Source of the DNA: Enterobacter phage EC152
Reading direction: 5' to 3' (one strand)
DNA: 64,000 nt
Sequence record: PP681140.1
Positions 35,389 through 42,940 of the stretch are shown here, one piece after another; the stretch's first letter is position 1; every line of letters starts with the position of its first letter. The translations under genes and the position numbers were made by a program. The notes beneath the pieces are model-generated. The model made no database searches, had not been told where the DNA came from, and was given only the letters and a program-made list of their open reading frames with translations.

Positions 35389-35506
35389 AGCTCTGTAGCA
35401 GGTAAATCGGGCCTGATACCTCTAAGTAGTGGTTGCAAACGCGAATGGGGTTTGAAGTGAGCGGTTACCACGTTCGACTCGTGGCGCTTCATTCTGTTGC
35501 AGAGCT
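35389..35506 (+). ncRNA. structured RNA candidate (tRNA-associated stable RNA?)
   Basis: Outer stem AGCTCTG...CAGAGCT encloses a tRNA-like minihelix TGAAGTG-AGCGGTTA-CCACGTTCGACTCGTGG-CGCTTCA. Confidence 0.4.
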
Positions 35507-35517
35507 AAGTGATTTTT

Positions 35518-35593
35518 AGGAGGATGGTGTAATTGGTTAGCACACGGGGCTTTGATCTCCGGAGTTAGGGTTCGAGTCCTTATCTTCCTGCCA
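35518..35593 (+). tRNA. tRNA-Gln(TTG)
   Basis: Anticodon stem CGGGG/CTCCG with loop CTTTGAT. Confidence 0.75.
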
Positions 35594-35664
35594 AATTTGA
35601 GTGTTTTTGGGTTGAATGATGGATCAGCTATGCTGTGATGGCTTCAACAGGAGAACACTCATGT

Positions 35665-35741
35665 GTGGCTATATCATAACTGGATAATGACACTGCATGT
35701 GAGGCAGTTCTATGTCGGTTCGAGTCCGACTAGCCACCCCA
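35665..35741 (+). tRNA. tRNA-His(GTG)
   Basis: Anticodon stem ACTGC/GCAGT with loop ATGTGAG. Confidence 0.75.
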
Positions 35742-35745
35742 ATTT

Positions 35746-35820
35746 GCAGATACGAGTTAACCTCTAACTTCCCCCATGTTTCATGGGTTCTAGTCCAGGA
35801 TAACTTTTGTACGTATCTGC
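35746..35820 (+). ncRNA. structured RNA candidate
   Basis: Outer stem GCAGATACG...CGTATCTGC (9 bp) with internal CCCCCATG...CATGGG hairpin. Confidence 0.35.
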
Positions 35821-35828
35821 CGCGAATT

Positions 35829-35920
35829 GGTGGAATGGTCGAGCGGTTAAAGACAGCACCTTGGAAAGGTGTCGGCCCCTTCACAGGGGTCCGTAGGTTC
35901 GAATCCTACTTCCACCGCCA
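35829..35920 (+). tRNA. tRNA-Ser(GGA), class II
   Basis: Anticodon loop TTGGAAA. Long variable arm. CCA encoded. Confidence 0.75.
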
Positions 35921-35935
35921 CTTTGAGGAGATGAT

Positions 35936-36091
35936 ATGCAAAAACTTTTGCGTTGTAAGAAGGTGTTTGGTCGTTGCAAGATTCATGGTAGTAACTGTGG
36001 TGTTGCAGACGAGATCCAATCAATCCCTATAACTCGTGCGAAAGAGAAAGCAGATCTTCGCAAAGAAATTAAAGAACAATTGGAAGATTAA
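35936..36091 (+). CDS. micro-ORF (51 aa), Cys-rich N-terminus
   Basis: GAGGAG RBS. Translation begins MQKLLRCKKVFGRCKIHGSNCG. The 3' end overlaps the acceptor stem of the next tRNA. Confidence 0.3.
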   Translation: MQKLLRCKKVFGRCKIHGSNCGVADEIQSIPITRAKEKADLRKEIKEQLED

Positions 36092-36172
36092 CCCTAACGG
36101 TAAGGGATCTCTTTGCTAAAGAGACAGTAGCCCCTGAAAAGGGGTGTGTCAGTTCAAGTCTGACATCTTCCT
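36082..36172 (+). tRNA. tRNA-Ser(GCT), class II
   Basis: Anticodon stem TCTCT/AGAGA with loop TTGCTAA. Variable arm present. CCA is not fully encoded (CCG). Confidence 0.65.
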
Positions 36173-36174
36173 CC

Positions 36175-36263
36175 GGAGAGCAGGCTGCATGGTGCAGACT
36201 CCGGTTTGAACCCGGTCCCATCGTAGCGATACGGTGACAGTTCGATTCTGTTGCTCTCCTCCA
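36175..36263 (+). tRNA. tRNA-Ser(TGA), class II
   Basis: Anticodon loop TTTGAAC. Acceptor GGAGAGC/GCTCTCC. CCA encoded. Confidence 0.65.
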
Positions 36264-36268
36264 AATAT

Positions 36269-36355
36269 GGGTTGGTAGCCAAGCGGCGACGTATGTCTAA
36301 GGCACTCGACTTTTAATCGAGGGATCGTTGGGTTCGAATCCCACCCGACCCACCA
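36269..36355 (+). tRNA. tRNA-Lys(TTT)-like with expanded D region
   Basis: Anticodon stem CTCGA/TCGAG with loop CTTTTAA. A GACgtatGTC mini-hairpin is inserted in the D-loop. 87 nt. Confidence 0.45.
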
Positions 36356-36360
36356 TACAA

Positions 36361-36463
36361 CGGGACGATAGTTTAATGAGGCTGGAAATGCGACGGCAAC
36401 CAGCGGAGCAGAATGACGGGCATCCAGGACCGTAGGTGAGGTGCAAACCCTCAGATCCCGCCA
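36361..36463 (+). ncRNA. tRNA-like/stable RNA candidate
   Basis: Ends ...CCTCAGATCCCGCCA with a T-like arm TGAGGTGCAAACCCTCA and an internal hairpin GCTGG...CCAGC. It does not fold as a canonical tRNA. Confidence 0.35.
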
Positions 36464-36487
36464 AATTGAAATAAGTTAAAATAATTC

Positions 36488-36516
36488 TTGCAAAAGGTTG
36501 TTTTCACTGATAAAGT
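36488..36516 (+). promoter_or_regulatory. sigma70 promoter TTGCAA-N17-TAAAGT (TG extended)
   Basis: TTGCAAaaggttgttttcactgaTAAAGT, about 8 nt upstream of the next tRNA. Confidence 0.5.
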
Positions 36517-36524
36517 AATTACAT

Positions 36525-36613
36525 GGTTCTTTGACCGAGAGGCCGATGGTAGCAGGCTGTTAACCTGCCGGGAGCAATCCCCGACGAAGGTTCGAATCCT
36601 TCAGGAACCGCCA
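36525..36613 (+). tRNA. class II (long variable arm) tRNA with GTT anticodon (Asn) and G73
   Basis: The D-arm and anticodon stem (GACCGAGAGGCCGATGGT, GCAGG/CCTGC) resemble tRNA-Tyr, but the loop is CTGTTAA. Variable arm CGGGAGCAATCCCCG. Confidence 0.5.
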
Positions 36614-36618
36614 AATTT

Positions 36619-36695
36619 GGAGATATAGTTTAAACGGATAAAATACACCCCTGTCACGGGTATGTTCCGGGTTCGATGCCCGGTATCTCCGCCAA
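36619..36695 (+). tRNA. tRNA-Asp(GTC)
   Basis: Anticodon stem CACCC/GGGTA with loop CTGTCAC. CCA encoded. Confidence 0.75.
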
Positions 36696-36700
36696 ATTTG

Positions 36701-36756
36701 CAGAGTCGTACTAGCACTGGAAAGTCCTTCGGGATGTTGATACCTCTAGTTCTGCA
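36701..36756 (+). ncRNA. hairpin element (GCAGA...TCTGC with internal GTCCTTCGGGAT tetraloop)
   Basis: An inter-tRNA spacer structure, possibly a processing signal. Confidence 0.3.
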
Positions 36757-36817
36757 TTTAATTAGCTAGCCAGCAATACCAGTTGCAGTGTCTGGGACAA
36801 TTAAAATTCTGCACCTT

Positions 36818-36895
36818 CGGAGCGTAGCGCAGTCTGGTCAGCGTGGGTGCCTTGGATGCACTGGGTCGCAGGTTCGAATCCTGCCGCTCCGACCA
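36818..36895 (+). tRNA. tRNA-Pro(TGG)
   Basis: Acceptor CGGAGCG/CGCTCCG. Anticodon loop CTTGGAT. Confidence 0.75.
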
Positions 36896-36900
36896 ATTTA

Positions 36901-36975
36901 GCAGGTATAGTTCAACGGATAGAGCATCAGTTTACGAAGCTGAGAATCGGGGTTCGAATCCCTGTATCTGCACCA
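36901..36975 (+). tRNA. tRNA-Arg(ACG)
   Basis: Anticodon stem TCAGT/GCTGA with loop TTACGAA. Confidence 0.75.
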
Positions 36976-36979
36976 ATAT

Positions 36980-37055
36980 GGGGCTGTAGTTTATTTGGAT
37001 AAAATCGCAGGCTTGCACCTTGCAGAACTGAGTTCGATTCTCAGTGGCTCCACCA
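36980..37055 (+). tRNA. tRNA-Ala(TGC)
   Basis: G3:U70 pair present. Anticodon loop CTTGCAC. Confidence 0.75.
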
Positions 37056-37090
37056 AATTAAGGCTTGGATTTCTTCGGACCCAAGCGCAC

Positions 37091-37167
37091 GGGCGATTGA
37101 TGGAATTGGTATACGTGTCGGATTTAGATTCCGAATTTTGGGGGTTCGAGTCCCCTGTCGCCCACCA
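37091..37167 (+). tRNA. type I tRNA with TAG anticodon (Leu CUA reader?)
   Basis: Anticodon stem TCGGA/TCCGA with loop TTTAGAT. A73. A 5-nt variable loop, which is unusual for Leu. Confidence 0.5.
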
Positions 37168-37175
37168 CTTCTAAT

Positions 37176-37249
37176 GCTTCCTTAGTTTAATGGTAGAACC
37201 CTGTCTTTACACGGCAGTTGCGGTAGTTCGATTCTACCAGGAAGTACCA
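37176..37249 (+). tRNA. tRNA-Val(TAC)
   Basis: Anticodon stem CTGTC/GGCAG with loop TTTACAC. Confidence 0.75.
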
Positions 37250-37256
37250 ATCTTAT

Positions 37257-37332
37257 GGGGTTGTAACTCAGTTGGTAGAGTGCCTGCCTGAAGAGCAGAT
37301 GGTCGGTGGTTCGAGTCCACCCGGCCCCACCA
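37257..37332 (+). tRNA. tRNA-Phe(GAA)
   Basis: Anticodon loop CTGAAGA. T-arm GGTGGTTCGAGTCCACC. Confidence 0.75.
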
Positions 37333-37338
37333 AATAAT

Positions 37339-37420
37339 TGCGTGTTAGTGAAACGGATATATAGATCACGTTGGCCTCATAAGCCGAAAATTGTGGGTTC
37401 GACTCCCATCCACGCATCCA
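37339..37420 (+). tRNA. second CAT-anticodon tRNA (Met or Ile2) with long D-loop
   Basis: Anticodon stem TTGGC/GCCGA with loop CTCATAA. 14-nt D-loop. CCA encoded. Confidence 0.6.
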
Positions 37421-37427
37421 AAACAAT

Positions 37428-37485
37428 GGGGTATCCAGGAGCAGTCCTGCACCGTAAGAGTCCCTCAGTAGGGAACACCCCACCA
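37428..37485 (+). ncRNA. 58-nt tRNA-like mini-structure ending in ACCA
   Basis: GGGGTAT...ACACCCC acceptor-like stem. Arms CAGGAgcagTCCTG and TCCCTcagtAGGGA. No anticodon arm. Confidence 0.3.
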
Positions 37486-37528
37486 TATTCTAATAATAAT
37501 AAATATTCAATCTCCTCTCCTTTGCCTC

Positions 37529-37556
37529 GCCCCGCTCTTGCGGGGCTTTTCTTTTT
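37529..37556 (+). terminator. rho-independent terminator ending the tRNA array
   Basis: GCCCCGCtcttGCGGGGCTTTTCTTTTT. Confidence 0.75.
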
Positions 37557-37597
37557 CTGGTACACTCCAATGGTTAACTAAACCAAAGGAGAAAACC

Positions 37598-39022
37598 ATG
37601 CTTCATATCTACCCAAAAGAAGACTTCCAACGTGAATTCAACATCCTCAAAAGCCTGATCCCGAAAGGTGTGTATGAGATCCTTAAGCGCCTCGATGCTC
37701 GTGTTGCAGGTGGTACGCTGACATCACTTTTCTCTAACCGGGAAGTGAATGACCTTGATCTCTATTTCCCATCCTGGGAGAATCTTGAGGTTTTTCTGGC
37801 ATACATGACTGATCGTGGACTCTTGGTTGGGGACAGCGATCTTACCCCAACTTCAAACAACTGGGGCAACTCGAAGCGTTCATTCGTATACTTCCTTGAA
37901 CTTGACAAGCCGGGTAGCCATAAAGACTACGTGAATGCCTTGGTATGCGAAAGAAAAGAACGACCACCTACAGAGCTTTCAGCCAGCCAGCTTTCAAAGC
38001 TTTATTCTTTGCTTGAATCTCGTAATGGCAATGTTTTCAAGGCCATTCAAAAAGCCTCGGAAGATAACAACCCCGACACCATCTACAATCTGGGGATGAC
38101 TGATAAGAGCGTCATGTTCACCAATCAATCCTCTCCCGTTATGCAGGTGATCGCATTTGATGTTTTTGCTGATGCAGAGGCGATCTTTAACAAGTTCGAT
38201 TTCACGATCAATATGGGCTGTTTTAGCTTTGCAAGCGAGAAATGGGAGTTTGATAGTCGCTTCCTGAAACACTTGGCTCAGAAAGTTCTGGTGATTAACC
38301 CAGGCACTGATTACCCCATTATCAGTATGCTACGCTCTGATAAGTATCGCGCCCGTGGCTACACGATCTCTCGTCGAGAAACAATGAAGCTTGGTATTGC
38401 AGCGTCAGGACTTAAAATCGAGTCGTGGGAAGATGCCAAGGCACATTTGAGTGGGATGTATGGTACAAACGTTGAAGACTTATTCAATGAAACAAGACCA
38501 TTTTCATTTGATCTGTTATTTGATAAACTAGATTCAGCGGGGGATTATCTGATCGCCTCTATCGCAACTGAATCTGAAAAAGGACAGTTCAGCAGATATC
38601 GTGGTCTGAAACCAGAGAACATCTTTACTATGTATCAACGGTTACGTATCAACACCGGGCGTCCACATTTCTCTAAACTGTGGGGTGTCTGTCCGGCAGA
38701 GAACTTCTATTTGATGCAGGCCAACAATCCGCAACAGGCCGTTGGTCTTCTTGAGACAAAACCTGCTGATAAGCTCCTCAAGTACATGAACGTTTATATT
38801 GATGAAAAAGAGGCGTATGACGTTTACAAGTCGTGGGGAGAGAAAGGAAAGACAGGGAGATGGGGAGACAGATTATCAAAACCGGGGGCTGTGCTTCTGG
38901 AGGTCACTGTCCTTGACCCAACGAAAATCGCCTATGACGATGCACAGATTGACATTTTAGATGATGAAGAAACGCTTCTGAAAATAGAGCGGCTTATTGA
39001 ATCTAACGGGGATATTTCATGA
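37598..39022 (+). CDS. Pol-beta-superfamily nucleotidyltransferase (475 aa)
   Basis: hG[GS]-x-DhD motif in RVAGGTLTSLFSNREVNDLDLYF. The ATG at 37598 follows AAAGGAGAAAACC. It sits directly after the tRNA array. Confidence 0.55.
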   Translation: MLHIYPKEDFQREFNILKSLIPKGVYEILKRLDARVAGGTLTSLFSNREVNDLDLYFPSWENLEVFLAYMTDRGLLVGDSDLTPTSNNWGNSKRSFVYFLELDKPGSHKDYVNALVCERKERPPTELSASQLSKLYSLLESRNGNVFKAIQKASEDNNPDTIYNLGMTDKSVMFTNQSSPVMQVIAFDVFADAEAIFNKFDFTINMGCFSFASEKWEFDSRFLKHLAQKVLVINPGTDYPIISMLRSDKYRARGYTISRRETMKLGIAASGLKIESWEDAKAHLSGMYGTNVEDLFNETRPFSFDLLFDKLDSAGDYLIASIATESEKGQFSRYRGLKPENIFTMYQRLRINTGRPHFSKLWGVCPAENFYLMQANNPQQAVGLLETKPADKLLKYMNVYIDEKEAYDVYKSWGEKGKTGRWGDRLSKPGAVLLEVTVLDPTKIAYDDAQIDILDDEETLLKIERLIESNGDIS

Positions 39023-39423
39023 CAGACATATTGAACATGGTGATTTCCTTTATCAGGAATAATACCAAACTGGTAGTTGCAGCATTCTTAGCCATTGCCC
39101 TGTTGTCCGGGGCAGTTTACACTAAGCACTGGTACAACGACCAGATTACAGCATCTTATAATCGTGGTGTGAAGGATACTGATGATAAGTGGGTCGCTAA
39201 ACAACAAGAGAACAAGAATGCTAACCATGACTACAAAGACAATCAGCAGAAAGCTTCTGATGAGTTGAGTAAACAACTTGAAGAAGAGAAGGCGAAGAAT
39301 GCGAAGTTGCAGTCAGAGCTTGACAAGAAACAGACCGCCTATCAGAACTCCGATAATGGTAAGAAGAAGGGTCTGGACAATGACTTTGTGGACATCTACA
39401 ACGAGAGCCTGGGGTTGAAATGA
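39019..39423 (+). CDS. i-spanin (Rz-like)
   Basis: N-terminal TM helix and a periplasmic coiled-coil. 134 aa. Confidence 0.6.
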   Translation: MTDILNMVISFIRNNTKLVVAAFLAIALLSGAVYTKHWYNDQITASYNRGVKDTDDKWVAKQQENKNANHDYKDNQQKASDELSKQLEEEKAKNAKLQSELDKKQTAYQNSDNGKKKGLDNDFVDIYNESLGLK

Positions 39424-39710
39424 GAAAGACAATCATAGCCGTATTAGTCGCTACAGCGCTTGTTAGCGGGTGCAGGAATCCTCCTGAAGTCGTACCTGTT
39501 GTGCAAAAGTTTAACCCGGCAGAGGTGCTAGCAAAGCCCCCTGCTGGGGCAATGATTGACCCTGTTGAACCAACACCTCTTCCATATGGTGCAGACAACT
39601 CAGTCAACAGCGCAATCATGAAGAAGAATAACATTGACGGAGCCAATGACCGTAGCAAACTGCGCATACTCCAGCAATATATCCGAAACATATTTGATCC
39701 TAAAAAGTAA
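39420..39710 (+). CDS. o-spanin (Rz1-like lipoprotein)
   Basis: LVSGC lipobox, Pro-rich, ATGA overlap with the i-spanin gene. Confidence 0.65.
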   Translation: MRKTIIAVLVATALVSGCRNPPEVVPVVQKFNPAEVLAKPPAGAMIDPVEPTPLPYGADNSVNSAIMKKNNIDGANDRSKLRILQQYIRNIFDPKK

Positions 39711-39718
39711 TTGACAAG

Positions 39719-39749
39719 GCCCTTATTTTATGATAAGGGCTTTATTTTT
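39719..39749 (+). terminator. rho-independent terminator
   Basis: GCCCTTATtttatgATAAGGGCTTTATTTTTAT. Confidence 0.7.
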
Positions 39750-39808
39750 ATCAGGTTTCATGGTAAACTACCTCCTATAGGCCAATTAAGGCACAAAATG
39801 GAGGTCTT

Positions 39809-41308
39809 TTGAGTAAAACATTCGGACCTGCCAGCCCCAAGCAGAAAATGATCCTGGAAAACAACGCACAAATCCTGATCATTGGGGGTGCGGCGGGGTC
39901 AGGTAAATCTTACCTGCTTCAATTGATGCCCCTCAACATTATCGACGACCCAAGAACGAACTGCATTATGTTCCGTAGAAACACCCCTCAGTTGAAGGGT
40001 GGTGGTGGTCTGTATGATACTGCACGAGGCATCTACACACAGCTTGCTCCTGAATGGAAGCCACGCTTCAGGGAGAAAGACCTTGAGGCAATTTTCCCTT
40101 CCGGTGCGAAAGTTAAGTGGTCCCACATGGAATATGAGAAAGATAAGTATTCTCACCAGGGTCTGCAATATACCTTTGTCGGGTTTGACGAAGGAACACA
40201 GTTTGAATGGTCTCAGATCGAATACCTTATGTCTCGTCTTCGTTCTGAATCCAAATATCCAAGCCGTATGGTTATCTCCTGTAACCCCGACCCAGACCAC
40301 AAGATCAAGGAGTTGATCGAATGGTATCTTGATGATGATGGGTTCCCGATCCCTGAGCGTGACGGTGTTATCCGTTGGTTCATTCGCCGTGATGGTGAAT
40401 TCATTTGGGGGGAAACTGCGGAGGAGTTGATCGAGAAATATTGGGACGGTGTGGATGTTCGTAAGAAGCCAAAGCCCCTGTCCTTCTCATTCATCAGTGC
40501 GACTATCTTTGATAACCCACCGATGCTTGACAATAACCCGGATTACCTTGCTTTCCTTGAAGGTCTACCAGAGATCGAAAAGGCACAGCTACTCCACGGT
40601 AACTGGAAGGTTCGCCCTGAAGGTGCAAACTATTTCCAGCGATCCTATTTGAAAGAAGTTCCTTGCCTTCCTTTGGGTGTGACATCAGTCCGTCCTTATG
40701 ACAAGGCAGGCACAGAGAGAACCTCTGGCAACAGATATCCCGACTTTACTGCATCTGTTAAGGTGAGTAAAGATAGTGACGGTTTCTACTACCTGTCTGG
40801 TGACTATTGCCCTGAGTTCGTTGATGACGGAATGTATTCAACGCAAACACAAGGTCGTTTCTGTAAAAAAGCTGGTGAACGAGATGTTATCATTAAGAAG
40901 CAAGCCCACTTTGATGGTGATGACGTTGTTATCATTTTCAACGTTGACCCAGGTCAGGCTGGCATTAGTGAGTTCACAACAAGTTCCCGTGAGCTTCTTG
41001 CTGAAGGATTTATCGTAGAGCGAGATCCTACACCGGGTAACAAATCAAAACTTACACGCTTCACCCCATTTGCAAAACTCGCTCAGTCTGGCATGGTGCG
41101 TATCGTAAGAGATAGCTTTGACGCTAAAACTTATGAAGCCCTTATGACTGAACTTGAGAAGTTCAATGGTGAACGAAGCACAACAACCCGTAAGGATGAC
41201 TGGGCTGACTGCGTGGCCTCTGGTATCAACTACCTTGAGAAGAACGAGATCATCAGACCTGTCGTAATCCCGAAAATTGTTGCTCCGACCTTGTATAAAA
41301 GACTTTAA
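39809..41308 (+). CDS. terL: terminase large subunit
   Basis: Walker A GGAAGSGKSY. TTG start after GGAGGT. 499 aa. Confidence 0.8.
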   Translation: MSKTFGPASPKQKMILENNAQILIIGGAAGSGKSYLLQLMPLNIIDDPRTNCIMFRRNTPQLKGGGGLYDTARGIYTQLAPEWKPRFREKDLEAIFPSGAKVKWSHMEYEKDKYSHQGLQYTFVGFDEGTQFEWSQIEYLMSRLRSESKYPSRMVISCNPDPDHKIKELIEWYLDDDGFPIPERDGVIRWFIRRDGEFIWGETAEELIEKYWDGVDVRKKPKPLSFSFISATIFDNPPMLDNNPDYLAFLEGLPEIEKAQLLHGNWKVRPEGANYFQRSYLKEVPCLPLGVTSVRPYDKAGTERTSGNRYPDFTASVKVSKDSDGFYYLSGDYCPEFVDDGMYSTQTQGRFCKKAGERDVIIKKQAHFDGDDVVIIFNVDPGQAGISEFTTSSRELLAEGFIVERDPTPGNKSKLTRFTPFAKLAQSGMVRIVRDSFDAKTYEALMTELEKFNGERSTTTRKDDWADCVASGINYLEKNEIIRPVVIPKIVAPTLYKRL

Positions 41309-41323
41309 CAGAGGGGATAACTC

Positions 41324-42874
41324 GTGTCAACAAGATTTGCACAACCAGGGGCGGTTGTAAAGGCAGGGAATGAAAACCTTGCCGTTAGTCGCCTCCGTAC
41401 CGGGGAATTAGGCTCTGGTGCTCTCTCCCAGCTTCGTGCAGAATCAGAAGTAATGAAGGTAGAAGAGCTACGCTGGCCTTGCTTCCTGGCAACCGTAGAG
41501 GCAATGAAGCAGGATCATACTGTTTCTACGGCGCTTGATACGAAATACGTATTCGTAACCAAAGCATTCAACGATTTTAAAATCCTGTTCAATCGTGATA
41601 GCAAAGAGTCTAAAGATGCCGCTGAGTTTGTAGAGTATGCCCTGAAGAATCTTGCTAACCAGCAAACTCTTCGAGATGTTGCTCGCAGTGCTGCAACTTT
41701 CAACGAATATGGATTCTCCATCTTTGAGAAAGTATACCGTACAGAATCAACTCCGTCAAAGTACGCTGGCTACATCACAATTGATAAGATTGCTTTCCGT
41801 CCACAGTCAAGCCTGTCCCGTTCTAAACCTTGGGTTTTTGACGATGACGGACGAACACTGAAGGGCATCTATCAAAGCAAAATGGCTTTTGCAAACTTCC
41901 AGAACGGCCTGACTCAGATCTCTTCTGCGATGAGCTTGGTAACCAACCTTACCTCTTCCGCTGATGAAGTCTTTATCCCGATCAACAAACTGATGGTGAT
42001 GAGTCTTGGTGGAACAGAATCCAACCCGGCAGGTGTTTCTCCTTTGGTTGGGTGTTATCGTGCTTTCCGTGAGAAGATCCTGATTGAGAATCTTGAGACC
42101 ATTGGTGCTTCCAAAGACCTCGGTGGTATCATCGAACTTAAGATCCCTTCTCAGATCCTGAACAAAGCAGCAATTGACCCAAAATCCCCAGAGGCCGAAA
42201 TGGTTCAGGGGTTAATGGCAGATGCTGCAAACGCACACGCAGGCGAGCAGGCTTACTTCATCCTCCCTTCTGATATGAACGCTCAGGGTGGTGAACAGTA
42301 CAAAATGGCCCTGAAGGGCATTGACGGTGCTGGTAAGCAGTATAGCACTCAAGAACTGGTGAACTCACGTAAGAAAGCGATCCTTGACCGCTTTGGTGCG
42401 GGATTTATCAACCTTGGTAATGATGGTCAGGGTTCTTACAACCTGTCAGAATCTAAACAGTCTATCCACGGGCATTTTGTTCAGCGTGATATCGACATCA
42501 TCGTTGAAGCATTCAACAAGAATCTGATCCCTCAGCTTCTGGCACTGAATGACATCCGTCTTTCTGACGAAGACATGCCAAAACTGAAGCCTGGTCTGAT
42601 TCAGGAAGTGGACATGGAGGGCTTCTCCAAGTTTGTTCAGCGTATTGGTGCTGTTGGATACTTACCTAAAACTCCTACGGTTATCAACAAGATCCTTGAA
42701 GTTGGTGGCTTTGATGAGGAAATTCCAGAAGACATGTCTACGGACGAGCTTCTGAAACTCCTTGGTCAGGATACCAGTCGCTCCGGTGATGGTATGACAG
42801 CAGGCTCTAGCGGTAATGGAACAGGAAAAATCTCCTCAACAAGAGACAATTCTGTATCCAATATGGATAATTAA
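41324..42874 (+). CDS. portal protein (putative)
   Basis: 516-aa product immediately downstream of terL. GTG start after GAGGGG. Confidence 0.6.
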   Translation: MSTRFAQPGAVVKAGNENLAVSRLRTGELGSGALSQLRAESEVMKVEELRWPCFLATVEAMKQDHTVSTALDTKYVFVTKAFNDFKILFNRDSKESKDAAEFVEYALKNLANQQTLRDVARSAATFNEYGFSIFEKVYRTESTPSKYAGYITIDKIAFRPQSSLSRSKPWVFDDDGRTLKGIYQSKMAFANFQNGLTQISSAMSLVTNLTSSADEVFIPINKLMVMSLGGTESNPAGVSPLVGCYRAFREKILIENLETIGASKDLGGIIELKIPSQILNKAAIDPKSPEAEMVQGLMADAANAHAGEQAYFILPSDMNAQGGEQYKMALKGIDGAGKQYSTQELVNSRKKAILDRFGAGFINLGNDGQGSYNLSESKQSIHGHFVQRDIDIIVEAFNKNLIPQLLALNDIRLSDEDMPKLKPGLIQEVDMEGFSKFVQRIGAVGYLPKTPTVINKILEVGGFDEEIPEDMSTDELLKLLGQDTSRSGDGMTAGSSGNGTGKISSTRDNSVSNMDN

Positions 42875-42894
42875 TTTCAACTTACTGAAATAGC

Positions 42895-42923
42895 TTGCAA
42901 AAGAAAATGAACGGTGTTAAAAT
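42895..42923 (+). promoter_or_regulatory. sigma70 promoter TTGCAA-N17-TAAAAT
   Basis: TTGCAAaagaaaatgaacggtgtTAAAAT. Confidence 0.45.
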
Positions 42924-42940
42924 AACTATCAACGGGGAAA

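Noticed and set aside
35669-36032. Track ORFs 35669..35884 (-) and 35712..36032 (+)
   Set aside because: They overlap well-formed tRNA-His and tRNA-Ser(GGA) genes and a structured spacer. Only the short 35936-36091 frame, which has an RBS, was kept as a low-confidence micro-ORF.
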